Of a stretch of DNA of 64,000 bases, positions 25,426-34,034 are shown piece after piece. The position numbers were made by a program, and so were the translations under genes. Every line of letters begins with the position of its first letter. Within the stretch, counting starts at the first letter, position 1. The notes under the pieces were generated by a model. That model was not told where the DNA came from, searched no databases, and saw only the letters and a list, made by a program, of their open reading frames with translations. The stretch is from a virus. The DNA is taken from positions 66,263-130,262 of IMG/VR virus record IMGVR_UViG_3300047160_007578. One strand, 5' to 3'.

Positions 25426-25955
25426 TGAATCTTCCTTTTCTCGATCAGTCTAATAGTACGGTCATTCGTGAGAATAAATTCAAGCGCCATGTATTGAGTC
25501 ATAGCGGCATCTTCCAATCGACCATAGGCCAATGTTCCAAATTCGCGGACTTCAAATGATTGACCATTGGAGCAGCAATTAAGTAATGCGGATCGCCATT
25601 CATGCAACGTGCCCGATACTATTGAGATTCGGAAGTTCTCCAGACATGACTTCGCTGCCGTGAAGTGAAGTCTGGAACGATTAATAATCTCTAAGAGTGC
25701 CGCATCCGTGCAGACCAGAATGAATGAAACATGAACGTGAACCAACAAATGATTTGCAGCTTCAAACGGTTCACTGCCGGGCGTATCAATTTCTTTCAGA
25801 GCGACGATGAAATCAGACAACGATTTCGTGGGCGTGATCCAACGCGCATTCAATTGCTCAAGAGGGTTTCGCTTGAGAACGTCAGAGACTTCTCTCAAAA
25901 AGGTATCCCAATCAACTTGTGTTTGTGCTATCGGTATTAGGCGGATCATAGTCAA
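25422..25955 (-). CDS. degenerate ThyX-like protein
   Basis: LVHVHVSF..., IVSGTLHEW...EVRE pattern echoes ThyX without the RHR...S.R catalytic motif. Confidence 0.4.
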   Translation of the reverse strand: MTMIRLIPIAQTQVDWDTFLREVSDVLKRNPLEQLNARWITPTKSLSDFIVALKEIDTPGSEPFEAANHLLVHVHVSFILVCTDAALLEIINRSRLHFTAAKSCLENFRISIVSGTLHEWRSALLNCCSNGQSFEVREFGTLAYGRLEDAAMTQYMALEFILTNDRTIRLIEKRKIQ

Positions 25956-26098
25956 GCCTTATTCTCGGCAATGGGCATTGAAGCGTGTCGCCGTTTCTGA
26001 CAACGACACCATCCATGTGAACTGTTCCGTTACCGTCATCGACAGCCGTGTAAATCTCGCGGTGTCCTTCTCGTCGAGTCACGACTACTTCAACTTCA

Positions 26099-26347
26099 CA
26101 CTCTTCCATTGGTTCGCACTCACAGCGGGGTTGAACAGGCTGTTTGGTTCACGCGTGGAATGTGACTTCACACCCGACTGCTGGTTCTCGCAACGGATAA
26201 GGCTACGCGCATCGTCATCGGTTCTCACCATGTGCATGACTACACGTTTGACTTGGTTCCCGCACACTGCATGGCTGCACACTTCCATTGTTTCTCGCGA
26301 AGAAGGTGGCTACGCTCGGTACCTGGTTCTCGCCGCGGGTCTGTTTA
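26099..26347 (-). repeat. TIGR-like dual-repeat array D (7 units)
   Basis: Seven TGGTTCNCRC-type repeats alternating with six TGRCTACRC-type repeats; spacers mostly 8 nt (two of 10); period 35-37. Confidence 0.88.
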
Positions 26348-26536
26348 CTTCTTTTTCTTCTTGGCCATGCCTTTGAGCGTCTTGGCCAAGTTGCATCGTT
26401 TCTGCGTGGTGCCCGACAGGTTGCCCTGGGCACAGAACTCGCTGATCGACATTCCGGCTGCAGCTGCTTGTCGCGTGAGTGCTCCCGGATTTTTGATCGC
26501 CTTCTGGATGAACTTCTTGGCCTTCTTTTTCGCCAT
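26345..26536 (-). CDS. small Lys-rich basic protein
   Basis: MAKKKAKKFIQKAIKNPGAL...LAKTLKGMAKKKKK. Confidence 0.75.
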   Translation of the reverse strand: MAKKKAKKFIQKAIKNPGALTRQAAAAGMSISEFCAQGNLSGTTQKRCNLAKTLKGMAKKKKK

Positions 26537-26542
26537 GACAAA

Positions 26543-26577
26543 CCCCTTACCTTTGGTTCGCACGCAGTCATTGGGTT
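26543..26577 (-). repeat. TIGR-like single unit E
   Basis: Minus strand AACCCA-ATGACTGC-GTGCGAACCA-AAGGTAAG-GGG. Confidence 0.6.
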
Positions 26578-26599
26578 TGATTAAAAATCCAATCAAAGG

Positions 26600-26626
26600 G
26601 GTGCCCGGTCATTGCTGACCGGGCAC
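26600..26626 (-). terminator. probable intrinsic terminator
   Basis: GTGCCCGGTCA/TGACCGGGCAC stem followed by CCCTTTGATT on the minus strand. Confidence 0.55.
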
Positions 26627-26663
26627 ACACGGGGCTCCCACCCACACAGGAGGGAGGCTACGA

Positions 26664-27362
26664 CTACCGGGCACGTGCGCCGTCAGCGGGAGCCGCGCCT
26701 GCCGCCTGTGCTGGCGGAAAGTCAGCGGCCTCGCGCTCGGACTCGCCCGGACTCATGAACTTCTCGGCCAACGTTTTCGCGGTATCAACGTCGAACGGTT
26801 CGATCGGCGATGCGTACGGGATGCAGACGGGAACGTGCCACTTGAATTCCTTGCTGGAAACGAGTCGCGACTTCATCGTGCCGGCGGACTTGGCGTCGAG
26901 CAGTCGCTTCATATTGCGGCCTTCCGGCCGTGCGGACTTGGAGCCGAACAGGAAAGTAGCGAAGTCCTTGACCGACGGCACCCAAATCAAGAACTGCGGG
27001 CCATAGGCGCACTTCGAGTCCTTTTCCTCGGACTCCGCCATGACCTCCTTGAACTCGGGGGACTCCGGATTGTAATACGAGTCGATCTGTTCCGTCCCGA
27101 AGCGAAGCGCCGCGAAGCGGTACGCGAGGGCATAGAACTGATACTCGTTTGATAAGGCGACGAAATCGTCCTTGTTGCGGATGAACGCGAAGTGTCCGAC
27201 GCTGATCTTGCCCTCCTGCGCGAGTGCGTTGTTGCCGCCGCAGAGCTGCACGCGGCTGAGGAACGCGGCCCGGACGAGGCCGTCGAACATCTGGTCGGAC
27301 TGAGCAGTCGCACCGAAAGTCGGCAGATTCGCGTTCGGATTCGTGGTCATTTCCTGAGCCAT
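26664..27362 (-). CDS. putative ssDNA-binding or other highly expressed replication protein
   Basis: Strong GC3 bias, beta-rich core, flexible acidic/Ala tail; function is inferred. Confidence 0.5.
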   Translation of the reverse strand: MAQEMTTNPNANLPTFGATAQSDQMFDGLVRAAFLSRVQLCGGNNALAQEGKISVGHFAFIRNKDDFVALSNEYQFYALAYRFAALRFGTEQIDSYYNPESPEFKEVMAESEEKDSKCAYGPQFLIWVPSVKDFATFLFGSKSARPEGRNMKRLLDAKSAGTMKSRLVSSKEFKWHVPVCIPYASPIEPFDVDTAKTLAEKFMSPGESEREAADFPPAQAAGAAPADGARAR

Positions 27363-27420
27363 GATCTGTACTCTCTTTCGTTGAAAATCGGTAGAGTGAA
27401 AGACATCCTGCCAGTTGATC

Positions 27421-27900
27421 CTATAAATCTTGATCATTAATCAAATCATCTTGATTGGATACTTCTATCCAATTCCCGAAATAAACACCCAACACTCCAA
27501 ACCTATTCATTTCTACAACTGTACACGGTATTGCGAATTTATTCACAGGCTTATTAGAATCATGCCAGATAAGCGTAACCAGAACATGTCGTGTCGTTCC
27601 GACTTCAGGCCACGGTATTGTCCGAACATATACTGAGCATCTTGCTCTGACCGGTGTATCAGGACGAAGCAATAATGGATCGCCCGATTCAACACACATG
27701 AACATCATATTGGTCATATCGACTTCTTCGCCGAACATATTATAGGCGACTATTGTGAATGATGAATCGCAATGATCAATAATCGCAAAATTAACGATAT
27801 TATTTTTCTGTCCCGGATGTAATAACTTTTGGAGAACACGCCGGAACCAGCTGGGGATGTTCCGGCGTGTTTCCACCGACCTGCCAGGGAGACTGCTCAA
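27421..27900 (-). CDS. hypothetical protein
   Basis: 159-aa ORF, start uncertain. Confidence 0.5.
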   Translation of the reverse strand: MSSLPGRSVETRRNIPSWFRRVLQKLLHPGQKNNIVNFAIIDHCDSSFTIVAYNMFGEEVDMTNMMFMCVESGDPLLLRPDTPVRARCSVYVRTIPWPEVGTTRHVLVTLIWHDSNKPVNKFAIPCTVVEMNRFGVLGVYFGNWIEVSNQDDLINDQDL

Positions 27901-28227
27901 TCAATCACCCACGTTGTAGTCGCCCTTGCCCGGTGAACCCGGCGCCTTGCGCGGGGTCTGACCGGACTGGCCGACCGTATCGCCGTTGTCCTTGGCCGCG
28001 CCCGGGGTCTCGAAATCCTCGTGATACAGTTCGGGATTCGGGACACCGCTGCCGACCTCGCCAGCGCCCGGAGGCGACGGGGACGCGCCGGCCGACTGAA
28101 CCGCGGGAACGTTGGAGACCGTGCGATCAAGCGTGCCGCCGATGTAGTTGCCCGTGTCGGGAGTCATAGTTATCTCGGGAAACGATTCCGGCTGTGGCAA
28201 CTTCGGGTGGGGAAGAACGCCGTCCAT
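27901..28227 (-). CDS. disordered Gly/Pro-rich protein
   Basis: AAGGA RBS and GC3-rich frame. Confidence 0.65.
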   Translation of the reverse strand: MDGVLPHPKLPQPESFPEITMTPDTGNYIGGTLDRTVSNVPAVQSAGASPSPPGAGEVGSGVPNPELYHEDFETPGAAKDNGDTVGQSGQTPRKAPGSPGKGDYNVGD

Positions 28228-28393
28228 GTTTTGGTCCTTTCTGTTGAGTTCAATATTATTTCACCGTATTGTGTTTAATCATATCCGATATTGTGATCTT
28301 TAATCAATTCTCGCCGTGGCCACCTGCCAACCATTAACTACCCAGCCAACAGGTGGCCACGAGCGATTATCAAGGTCAACAGCGGACTTGTCG

Positions 28394-29515
28394 TTACTTG
28401 GCCCCGGCGGTCGCAGGGGCGGGAGCGGGCTCCTTGGCAGCCTGTGCGGCGCGTTCGGCGATCCGCTTTTCGAGTTCCTGCCGCGTCTTCTCGGCTTCGT
28501 CCTGCTTCTGCTTCGTGCGCTCGAGCGCCCGCTTGTCGCTCTCCTCCTTGCGCTTCTTCTCGCGGGCGTCGTGCTCCTGCTTCTGCACCACCTTGCTGTC
28601 CGGGTCCATATGCAGAGTCCACGCGACGCCGAGTGCGAAGGCTTCGGTCGGGTCCGTGATCTTTAATCCCTTGACGAGCAAGGGACCGATGACGGCCTTC
28701 TCGAACTCGCCCTTGACCTCGCTGAGCTTGCGGGCGTGGGCCACCGGCTGGAACTCCGGCGGCGACTCGGCGCGGCCCTTCTTGCGAGCTTCCTTGATCT
28801 CCTTGACGCGGGCGGCGACCGCGGCGGAGAACTCACCGGCGGCTTGCGTCATGGCGCGGTCGACCCAGGCCGGCTGTTCCTCCACGGGGAGCTTGGCCAG
28901 TTCGGTCGCGTTGAAGAGCTTGATGCGCGCGTCGTCCACGAGGGGCTTGATTTCCTCGTGCAGATGCTTGACCATGCCGAGCATCTTGTGAATCCAGGTA
29001 GTGGACTTGGAGAGCTTGCCCGACAACTCGGTGATCGTCATGAGCGGGTTGCGTTCGAGCAGGCGTGCGATCTGCTGCGCGTACTGGACAGGCCGCGTCT
29101 CGATCTTCTGCGCGTTGGCGATGATCTGCATTTCCTCGATACGCGCCTGATCCGCGGTCGTGATGTGTGCCGGGATTTCCTTGATGCCCGCGTCGAGCGA
29201 CGCGTTGTAGCGCTGCAGGCCGTCAATCAGGCCGTAGAGCTTAGCGCCGGGCTTCTCGGGGTCTTCGACTTCCCGGACAACAATGGGGTTGAGAACGCCG
29301 TCCTTGCGAATCGACGCGACGAGTCCGAGATAATCCTCATTCTCGCGATCGACCGGCCGAAGCGCGACCGGATTCTCGCGAATGAGTCCGATGGGAATGT
29401 ACCGCAAGGTATCGCCGTTGGCCGATGTTGCCAATGCGGGATTTTCCTTTGCCGGCGGATGCGCCGGTTCCTTTGCGGCAGGTGGAGTTTTCGTCGCTTG
29501 TTTGGTCTCAGCCAT
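28394..29515 (-). CDS. ParB-like protein with a long helical/coiled C terminus
   Basis: LVASIRKDGVLNPIVVR and IDGLQRY, HTH (TITELSGKLSKSTTWI), very high GC3. Confidence 0.85.
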   Translation of the reverse strand: MAETKQATKTPPAAKEPAHPPAKENPALATSANGDTLRYIPIGLIRENPVALRPVDRENEDYLGLVASIRKDGVLNPIVVREVEDPEKPGAKLYGLIDGLQRYNASLDAGIKEIPAHITTADQARIEEMQIIANAQKIETRPVQYAQQIARLLERNPLMTITELSGKLSKSTTWIHKMLGMVKHLHEEIKPLVDDARIKLFNATELAKLPVEEQPAWVDRAMTQAAGEFSAAVAARVKEIKEARKKGRAESPPEFQPVAHARKLSEVKGEFEKAVIGPLLVKGLKITDPTEAFALGVAWTLHMDPDSKVVQKQEHDAREKKRKEESDKRALERTKQKQDEAEKTRQELEKRIAERAAQAAKEPAPAPATAGAK

Positions 29516-29700
29516 TGATACGTACTCCCTGATAAATGATCCGGTGGACTCGACATAACTACGCCGTCAGGTCGTGTTTCACCATACATGCGCCTCTTTC
29601 CGTTCTCAATCATTTCGATTATTGATCACGTCTACCAATTCGATTATTAATCAGATATTATTGTTCGCCCCACCGAATCATCAACGATTAATAATCCCCA

Positions 29701-30089
29701 GCGATTAATAATCACGGAACCGACTCAGAACCCAACGTGGGTAGGGGGCTACTCCGGAGGGAGCACAGAGTCGGTCCCGTGATTATTAATCGCGGACCGG
29801 TCAGGGTCAGCTACGTGTGGTAGACTTACGACCCTGAAACCGGTCCAGCGATTAATAAACACCTAAGCGATTAATAATCAGCCGAGTGGACTTGGCACAT
29901 GCGTTCCCGTCCAACCATCGTGCGGTCCACTCGGCTGCCCCTTTGATCAGCCGAGTCTTTCGAGTCCGTGGCTCTGCGTACGTCACAGGCACAATCAACT
30001 CGGCTGAATGCCAAAAAGATTTTTAATCAGTCGAGGGCGACCGTGAGGACTTGACAGGAGGCGGTCAACCACTCGACTGATTAAAAATC
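29701..30089 (-). ncRNA. cluster of five bulged RNA hairpins in the leader of the ParB-like gene
   Basis: Stems at 29701-29793, 29794-29846, 29878-29937, 29947-30007, 30018-30089; plus-strand A.C mismatches become G.U pairs on the minus strand. Confidence 0.6.
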
Positions 30090-30095
30090 AAAAGG

Positions 30096-30220
30096 CCGAA
30101 TTAATCAAATCTTTCCAGCGGTCGGGCCAAAACTCCCCATATACCTATGCAACGGCAAAAACGGGCGGATTGTGCCAAACTTTTTCCGCCCGATTCGCGG
30201 GAAAGATTTGATTAATTCGG
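30096..30220 (-). promoter_or_regulatory. third inverted-repeat-bracketed cassette (putative leftward promoter)
   Basis: 21-bp perfect IR CCGAATTAATCAAATCTTTCC / GGAAAGATTTGATTAATTCGG. Confidence 0.7.
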
Positions 30221-30383
30221 TCCGCGCCAACGGCGCAAGTGTACAAATGTCAAGAGCTACGTATAGTGTTCTTTTTAGTTGACCGTTAGAGAGTCTAAAA
30301 CAAAAAAGTCATATATCATTAAGGGCGCTTGCACTTACGTAAGGCTATACTCCAGTCCAGTCCGAAAACGCACAAAAAAATTA

Positions 30384-30462
30384 TTGACACAAACCGGCGG
30401 ATTTTGCCGTGACATAGGTATGGGGAGTGAGATTGACCGCCTCTGGAAAGATTTGATTAATT
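30384..30462 (+). promoter_or_regulatory. putative rightward promoter homologous to the leftward cassette
   Basis: TTGACACAA...TTTTGCCGTGACATAGGTATGGGGAG followed by GGAAAGATTTGATTAATT. Confidence 0.6.
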
Positions 30463-30563
30463 TCACTTTCTCTATTTCCGCGTGCCCGTTTTTGATTAAT
30501 AATCATTCTGATCCAAGAGCATAGCTCTAATTGATTATTGATCAGAAACTAGGAGATTCAAGG

Positions 30564-30749
30564 ATGGAGTTTGAAATCAGACAACGAAGCGACGGATACT
30601 ACGACATTTTCGGAGACGGACAACCAGTTGGCGTCGTTGGAATCAATAATAAGACAGTCAGTATAACGTGGACAATTTCGCCCTCTGAGGAAGACCTCTG
30701 TACCGTGTTAAGTCTAACAGACGCAATAAGAGAAAAGACTAATGATTAG
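30564..30749 (+). CDS. hypothetical protein
   Basis: AGGAG RBS, MEFEIRQRSDGYY... Confidence 0.6.
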   Translation: MEFEIRQRSDGYYDIFGDGQPVGVVGINNKTVSITWTISPSEEDLCTVLSLTDAIREKTND

Positions 30750-30776
30750 TGAAATGATTTATAATCGAGGGAGGCT

Positions 30777-33635
30777 ATGTCTGGAATAAAGCGATCAGTT
30801 GCTATCAAGAACTTCCTTTCGATGCACACGTGGCCGGACTTGGCCGCGATGTACACAGATGAAATGGAAGTCCAGATCAACGTCGCCCAAGATGGCGGTG
30901 AGTGCGTTGACCGCTACTATCAGGGCAGGAACTGGCGGGAGTATACAGATGGTGCCCAAACGTGGGGACCATTCCGTATACCGCGTAACTCGATGAATAT
31001 ACCTGAAGATAATGACTTCAACATAAAATTCGATTTGCCTTTACATGTCGAAGGTATCGGCATGACCGGCTGGAACTGGAAGCAAAAGAAATCTCTGTGG
31101 GTCGCCTTTGATTTCGACGCAATCGTTGGGCACAGCGAGAGACATTCGCGCAAACTCAATCCAGCTGAAATCGAGGAAATTCGACAGAAGGTAGGAACGA
31201 TACCGTGGGTAACGATACGACGGTCCACCAGCGGATCGGGCCTGCACTTATACGTGTTCATTGACGAGAATGTTTTCCGATCAGCGATTAATAATCACAA
31301 CGAACACATGGCAGTTGGCAGAGCGATACTTTCTCAGTTGTCTTCAATTGCCGGTTTTGATCTGGAAGCCAAGGTAGACGTGTACGCGGGCAACATGTGG
31401 GTGTGGCATCGCAAGATGCTCACGCCTGGCGGTGAGCGTAAGCCTGAGAGTCTGCTACTGGTCAAACAGGGTGATAAATTAAAAGACATTCCTACTGAGT
31501 GGAAAGATTACATCGACGTAGTATCGGGGAAACGTAGGCGAACAGTTCCGTTCTTCGTCAAGGGACAAGATGAAAGTGCCGGCGGATATGATGAATTCGA
31601 GGAACTCTCGAATCAACGCCCAAAGATTCCACTCGACGCAGAGCACCAGAAATTACTGGACTGGATTCAAACCAATACACCCGGCGGCTCGTGGTGGCGT
31701 GACGATCATCATATGCTCGTGACGCATACATACACGCTCAAGCTAGCTCACAAGGCTCTCAACTTGCGAGGCAGCTACGATACACTCGCGTTAGGGACTG
31801 AACACGGTTCCGATCACAATTGTTACGGATTCCCCATGCCGCGAGGCGCATGGAGATTCCGTCGATTCACCAAAGGTTGCACTGAGCATTCCTTTTGGAC
31901 TCAGGACGGCCGCGGGTGGACAAGCATATGGTTCAACAAATTGCCGGACTTTAAGACGGCGTGCAAATTGAACGACGGCGTTGAACGATCAAACGGCGGA
32001 TTCGTTTTCAAAGAAGCGAAACAAGCCATTGCCGCCGCGCGCATGCTTGGTGCAGATATTGGCGTATCCGAACGGATGCTAACCAGAACTGCTGTCTTGA
32101 AGCAGCACCGCGATAAACGATTATTAATCGAAATCGAGAAAGAGACCAAAGATACCGCTGATGGTATGGACGGGTACGACGGCACAGGTAAGACCTGGAA
32201 CAAGATAGTCGATGGCAAGATCGACCAGATGAATAGCTACTCTGATACGATGCACCTAGACAAGATCATTCGACATGTAGTAAATGAAGGTGATGCTGAT
32301 GAAGGCTGGGTCGTCAAGAGCGCCGAAGAATGGCGAGATGAACCACTGGAGCACGTCAAGCTGATATTGAAAGGTCACTTCGGTTATAAGCCGGCCGATG
32401 TTGACCAAATTCTCGGCACAGGCGTTATTCAACCGTACAAGATTATTAATCGTCCGTTCGATGTTGAATATCCTCCAGGACGATTGTGGAATCGTCGCGG
32501 AGCCAAGTTCCGTTTCCAACCATCACAAGATATCGACAACCTATCTTTCCCGACATGGTTGAAAATACTGGAACACTTAGGAACTGGAATCGATCCAATC
32601 GTTCAGGATCATCCCTGGGCGAAAGCGAATTCGATAAAGAATGGAGCAGACTATCTGCTCCTGTGGATTGCCGCGAAATTCCAGAAACCATACGACCGTT
32701 TACCATATCTGTTCTTTTATTCGGACGAACAAAATACAGGGAAATCTACTTTCCATGAAGCACTCGCGATATTACTTGATGGCGACCCGCCACGCGGATA
32801 CATGAAAGTCAACGAAGCATTGAAAGCAACTGCCCAATTCAACGCGGAGTTGCAACACGCAATCCTGTGCGTAGTTGAAGAACTTGATCTGAACCCTAAG
32901 AAGAACGATGCCAAGATTTCATACAATCGAATCAAAGAACTGGTAACAGCGAACAATATCTCGATTCATGAAAAGCGTCAAACGCCGATCATGGTCAAGA
33001 ACAGCACAGCGTGGGTCCAATGCGCTAATGATAAAACGTCCTGCCCGATATTCCAGAACGATAGCCGTATCACTATGATCCGCGTACATCCATTGGATGA
33101 AGTTGAAATCATCCCCAAGAAGCGATTGCTGGAAGCTCTGGTCAAGGAAGCTCCACATTTCATGGCCCACATACTGCGATTAGAAATCCCTGAGAGCAAT
33201 GATAGACTTGTCGTACCTGTTATGGAAACCGAAGATAAGCGTCGAGTACAACGATCGAATCTCAATCCGCTTGAGCAATTCCTCGATGAAGAATGCGAAT
33301 ACGTTGAAGGTGAAATGATCAAGTGGAGTGAGTTTTACGATAGGCTTCTGCACTGGCTTGAACCGACGGAAGCTGAGAAGTTCACAAAACGATATTGCGG
33401 GCTGCATATGCCTGAAAGATTCCCTCGAGCGCGGAGACGCGAGGACGCACAGTATTATGTTGGTAATATCATATGGAAAACAAGTGAGCAACGAAACGGC
33501 GAGCCCAAGCCGCGATTAATAGTCAAAGCCGATTTTCTAACGCCAGTTAAAACCGATTCCAATAATGGGTCTACAAATTTATCAACTGACCGGGAGAGCG
33601 TAACCAATGGACCAGAACAAGAATCGAATCAATGA
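30777..33635 (+). CDS. primase-helicase (AEP-like N terminus, SF3/D5-like P-loop C terminus)
   Basis: FDFD and STSGSGLHLY primase motifs; QNTGKST Walker A and VVEE Walker B. Confidence 0.85.
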   Translation: MSGIKRSVAIKNFLSMHTWPDLAAMYTDEMEVQINVAQDGGECVDRYYQGRNWREYTDGAQTWGPFRIPRNSMNIPEDNDFNIKFDLPLHVEGIGMTGWNWKQKKSLWVAFDFDAIVGHSERHSRKLNPAEIEEIRQKVGTIPWVTIRRSTSGSGLHLYVFIDENVFRSAINNHNEHMAVGRAILSQLSSIAGFDLEAKVDVYAGNMWVWHRKMLTPGGERKPESLLLVKQGDKLKDIPTEWKDYIDVVSGKRRRTVPFFVKGQDESAGGYDEFEELSNQRPKIPLDAEHQKLLDWIQTNTPGGSWWRDDHHMLVTHTYTLKLAHKALNLRGSYDTLALGTEHGSDHNCYGFPMPRGAWRFRRFTKGCTEHSFWTQDGRGWTSIWFNKLPDFKTACKLNDGVERSNGGFVFKEAKQAIAAARMLGADIGVSERMLTRTAVLKQHRDKRLLIEIEKETKDTADGMDGYDGTGKTWNKIVDGKIDQMNSYSDTMHLDKIIRHVVNEGDADEGWVVKSAEEWRDEPLEHVKLILKGHFGYKPADVDQILGTGVIQPYKIINRPFDVEYPPGRLWNRRGAKFRFQPSQDIDNLSFPTWLKILEHLGTGIDPIVQDHPWAKANSIKNGADYLLLWIAAKFQKPYDRLPYLFFYSDEQNTGKSTFHEALAILLDGDPPRGYMKVNEALKATAQFNAELQHAILCVVEELDLNPKKNDAKISYNRIKELVTANNISIHEKRQTPIMVKNSTAWVQCANDKTSCPIFQNDSRITMIRVHPLDEVEIIPKKRLLEALVKEAPHFMAHILRLEIPESNDRLVVPVMETEDKRRVQRSNLNPLEQFLDEECEYVEGEMIKWSEFYDRLLHWLEPTEAEKFTKRYCGLHMPERFPRARRREDAQYYVGNIIWKTSEQRNGEPKPRLIVKADFLTPVKTDSNNGSTNLSTDRESVTNGPEQESNQ

Positions 33636-33846
33636 TATCATTCGCTCTCTGTCCAAAGAAGACAGGGAAATGCTACGCTACGCCCACACATACGGTACGC
33701 CTGCTTATGTGAAGTTACCGCACAACCGATTCATCGGCGTTCATTGTCAAGGCGTCCGGCGATTAATAATCACGGACAACTACAATGATTGGTATATCGG
33801 TGCGCTCGAACAATCCAATGGCCAACCTCACCAGGAGTCAACATGA
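33607..33846 (+). CDS. hypothetical protein
   Basis: 79-aa ORF. Confidence 0.6.
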   Translation: MDQNKNRINDIIRSLSKEDREMLRYAHTYGTPAYVKLPHNRFIGVHCQGVRRLIITDNYNDWYIGALEQSNGQPHQEST

Positions 33847-34034
33847 ACGGTGCTGCTGTAACACACGGCCGCGATACAGCTATCTATCAGGAACTGGTAG
33901 TGATTAATAATCGTATTCAAGATTGGGCTAAGGCAAATGATAATGACTTCCATAACGACGTTATGAAAGATAAAGTCAGGATGGCTCAGGAGCTTCTGGA
34001 AGAAGTAGCAGAGGAGCTTAATACACCACTATGA
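33843..34034 (+). CDS. hypothetical protein
   Basis: AGGAG RBS with ATGA overlap. Confidence 0.6.
   Translation: MNGAAVTHGRDTAIYQELVVINNRIQDWAKANDNDFHNDVMKDKVRMAQELLEEVAEELNTPL

Noticed and set aside
26134-26253. Spacer complements resembling conserved 23S rRNA words (CAACGGATAA, AACAGGCTG, GTTTGACT), suggesting snoRNA-like rRNA targeting
   Set aside because: With about 30 spacers, 8-10 nt matches found after the fact are expected by chance, and they fall in different units. A shuffled-spacer test against host rRNA would be needed.
26085-26288. ORFs overlapping the arrays (26085-26288, 26215-26571, 11564-11773, 1039-1299)
   Set aside because: They have no convincing RBS or protein-like features, and the 35-nt period is not a multiple of three. 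ORF 25912-26109, which starts inside the last spacer, is left uncalled.
26099-26347. CRISPR array interpretation
   Set aside because: Repeats are only 9-10 nt and of two alternating types with 8-nt spacers. There is no 23-47 nt repeat and no cas operon; the Cas4-like exonuclease is a common phage gene.
29701-30089. Integron attC sites or a canonical stem-loop TIGR array
   Set aside because: No RYYYAAC/GTTRRRY boxes or integrase, and the CCA-N8-GYG register of the dual-repeat arrays is not found in these hairpins.
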